NCBI GenBank assembly: GCA_964016885.1
Contig: OZ024740.1
Span: forward strand, 418,624,001-418,688,000
Source: Eledone cirrhosa
Lineage: Eukaryota
Direction: 5' to 3'
Length of the DNA: 64,000 nt
Shown here piece after piece: positions 62,330-64,000 of this stretch. The position numbers were made by a program, and so were the translations under genes. The notes below the pieces were generated by a model, which was not told the origin of the DNA, ran no database searches, and saw only the letters and a program-made list of their open reading frames with translations. Positions within the stretch are counted from its first letter, which is position 1; every line of letters begins with the position of its first letter.

Positions 62330-63322
62330 CTAAACCTCTTTCTGCTACTTTCATAACTTGATACATCAGTTTAATGCCATTGTAGCCGTTCCATTCTAGA
62401 ACATCACCTTTGCCTTCATAGCAATTAATGATTACACTGCTACGCCACTCAATGAATATAACACTATCTTATATAACCTGGTTTATTATGCCAATGGCTA
62501 GCTCGAGTCCTAATTCACCAAATATTTTCAGCATCCCAGCATCTCAGCTAGCCAGACAATATTTCCCTTTTTCATATGCCACATGGGTTCTAAGACCATG
62601 ACTGTTAACTTCAAAGCTGGTCCTTTGTTGGATCTACTGGAGATAGTTCCTTTTCCTCTCCCACATTCTACAACCTTTCATTGTAACATTGCCAAGCCTC
62701 TTTTCTGAGCAAGAATATACGTGAACGGCAAAGCATAAACGAATTAAGAGAGAGACTAAGCATAAGATGAATCAAATGTTGTGTACAGGAGAGGAGTTTG
62801 CGTTGGTATGGACATGTGATGCATATGAAGGATGACAGTTGCATAAAAAGGTGCAGAGCGCTAAAAGTCGATGGAGGCCTTGGAGTGGGTAGACCCAAGA
62901 CCTGGGATGAGGTGGTAAAAACTGACCTTGCCCAAATGCACCTCTCAAAGGCGATGACACAGGACCAAGACCTTTGACGTTACGCAGTTCCCACAGATAC
63001 AAGCTGAAGCTGAAGCATATAGACAATATGCCCCCACACCCCTCCCACTGTAAAGTGGTCGTGTAGGTGTTACAACAAAAAGCACCCAGTCCACATTGTA
63101 AGGTGGTCGTGTAGGCGCCACGGTAAAAAGCACTCAGTACTCACTGTAAATGAGGTTAGTGTTAGGAAGGGCATCCAGCTCTAGAAAATGAGCCAAAATC
63201 AGTCCTGTATGAGCAAGACATGGTTACCGGACGTGGCATTGCCCACAACAGGACAACCCGTCTAACCCATGCTAGCGTGGAGACATCGACGTAAAACGGT
63301 GATGATGATGATGATGATGATG
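62330..63322. mobile_element. Two RTE fragments head-to-head: degenerate internal piece (-, about 62330-62705) and 3' end with (GAT)n tail (+, about 62706-63322)
   Basis: Minus strand reads KEAWQCYNERL. Plus strand reads NIRERQSINELRE...LRWYGHVM...GRPKTWDEV, followed by the 3' UTR. Confidence 0.72.
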
Positions 63323-63615
63323 CATTCATGTCATTCTGAACAAACTTTTCCCCAAACAACATTTTCATTCATACTGCTCTAATAAACTCTCAAATTTATG
63401 GGAAAATCTCAACCCAGTTAATTATATTCACAAAATAATAACCAAGAAAAGAGCCGATGAATAGAAAGTAGCCTATATAATAAACATTGCCAACAGACAA
63501 CAATGGATAAATTGATTCCCAGCAAGATTGTCAGAGAATTTGTATTTTCCTTCATACAAATAGTTAAAAAGACTTTTCAGAAGTTGTCCTGTCACTAATA
63601 TAGTCTTCTATTTAA

Positions 63616-63804
63616 TAATTGTTTCCACTTTTGGCACAAGGCCAGCAATTACCCAGTTCATTACTGGTACTTTATTTTATCGACCCCGTAAGTATGAAAG
63701 GCAAAGTCAACCTCGGCGGGATTTGAACTCAGATCGTAAAGGGACGTAACTATGCTGGAAAGCATGGCGTCCGACCCTCTACCGATACTGCCAATCCACC
63801 GCCC
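63616..63804 (-). mobile_element. tRNA-derived SINE, family A
   Basis: Complete head, core and tail, with TTAATAAT on both sides. Confidence 0.85.
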
Positions 63805-64000
63805 TTAATAATAGCTACAAGTCTTCAACCATGATGTCAGTAATATTGTAAAAGTCAATCACAAGAATCAATAGCTAATTGTCTTCTATTGTATGAGAAG
63901 TAGCTAAAGATATGGCTTAAGAAATTAGTATAATTACAGTGATTATGTAGCACTGGGATTTCCAGATTTCCAGCGTTGGCGTTGTCGGCAGTGTAGGACA

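Noticed and set aside
62330-63322. Twin-priming inversion of a single RTE
   Set aside because: The two pieces are about 1 kb apart in element coordinates, look differently degraded, and show no TSD.

Overview
Repeat-dense eukaryotic DNA, most likely an octopus or other coleoid cephalopod. This is inferred from the SINE and LINE families, not proven. The ORF track misses both host genes, which I rebuilt exon by exon from GT-AG sites on the minus strand: cyclin-dependent kinase 10 (CDK10, 14 coding exons, 36868->10637, about 354 aa) and adenylosuccinate lyase (ADSL, exons 2-13, 61582->43174; exon 1 lies beyond the window). The introns and flanks contain a near-complete Penelope-like element (RT plus GIY-YIG, pseudo-LTRs, hammerhead ribozyme motifs, candidate intron), several RTE LINEs, a CR1 LINE, a non-autonomous LTR element, MITEs of four DNA-transposon types, many tRNA-derived SINEs and several satellites. 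The most interesting signals are three. (1) A repeat family carries a hammerhead-like fold with a non-canonical CAGAWGA core, in four copies arranged as inverted pairs. (2) Canonical-core hammerheads sit in the Penelope pLTRs. (3) Two codons (ADSL AGT in xQTYSRK, CDK10 ACT in DFGLxR) would be restored to the conserved residue by a single A-to-I edit, in pre-mRNAs rich in long inverted repeats. All RNA folds and editing ideas were read by eye and are untested.
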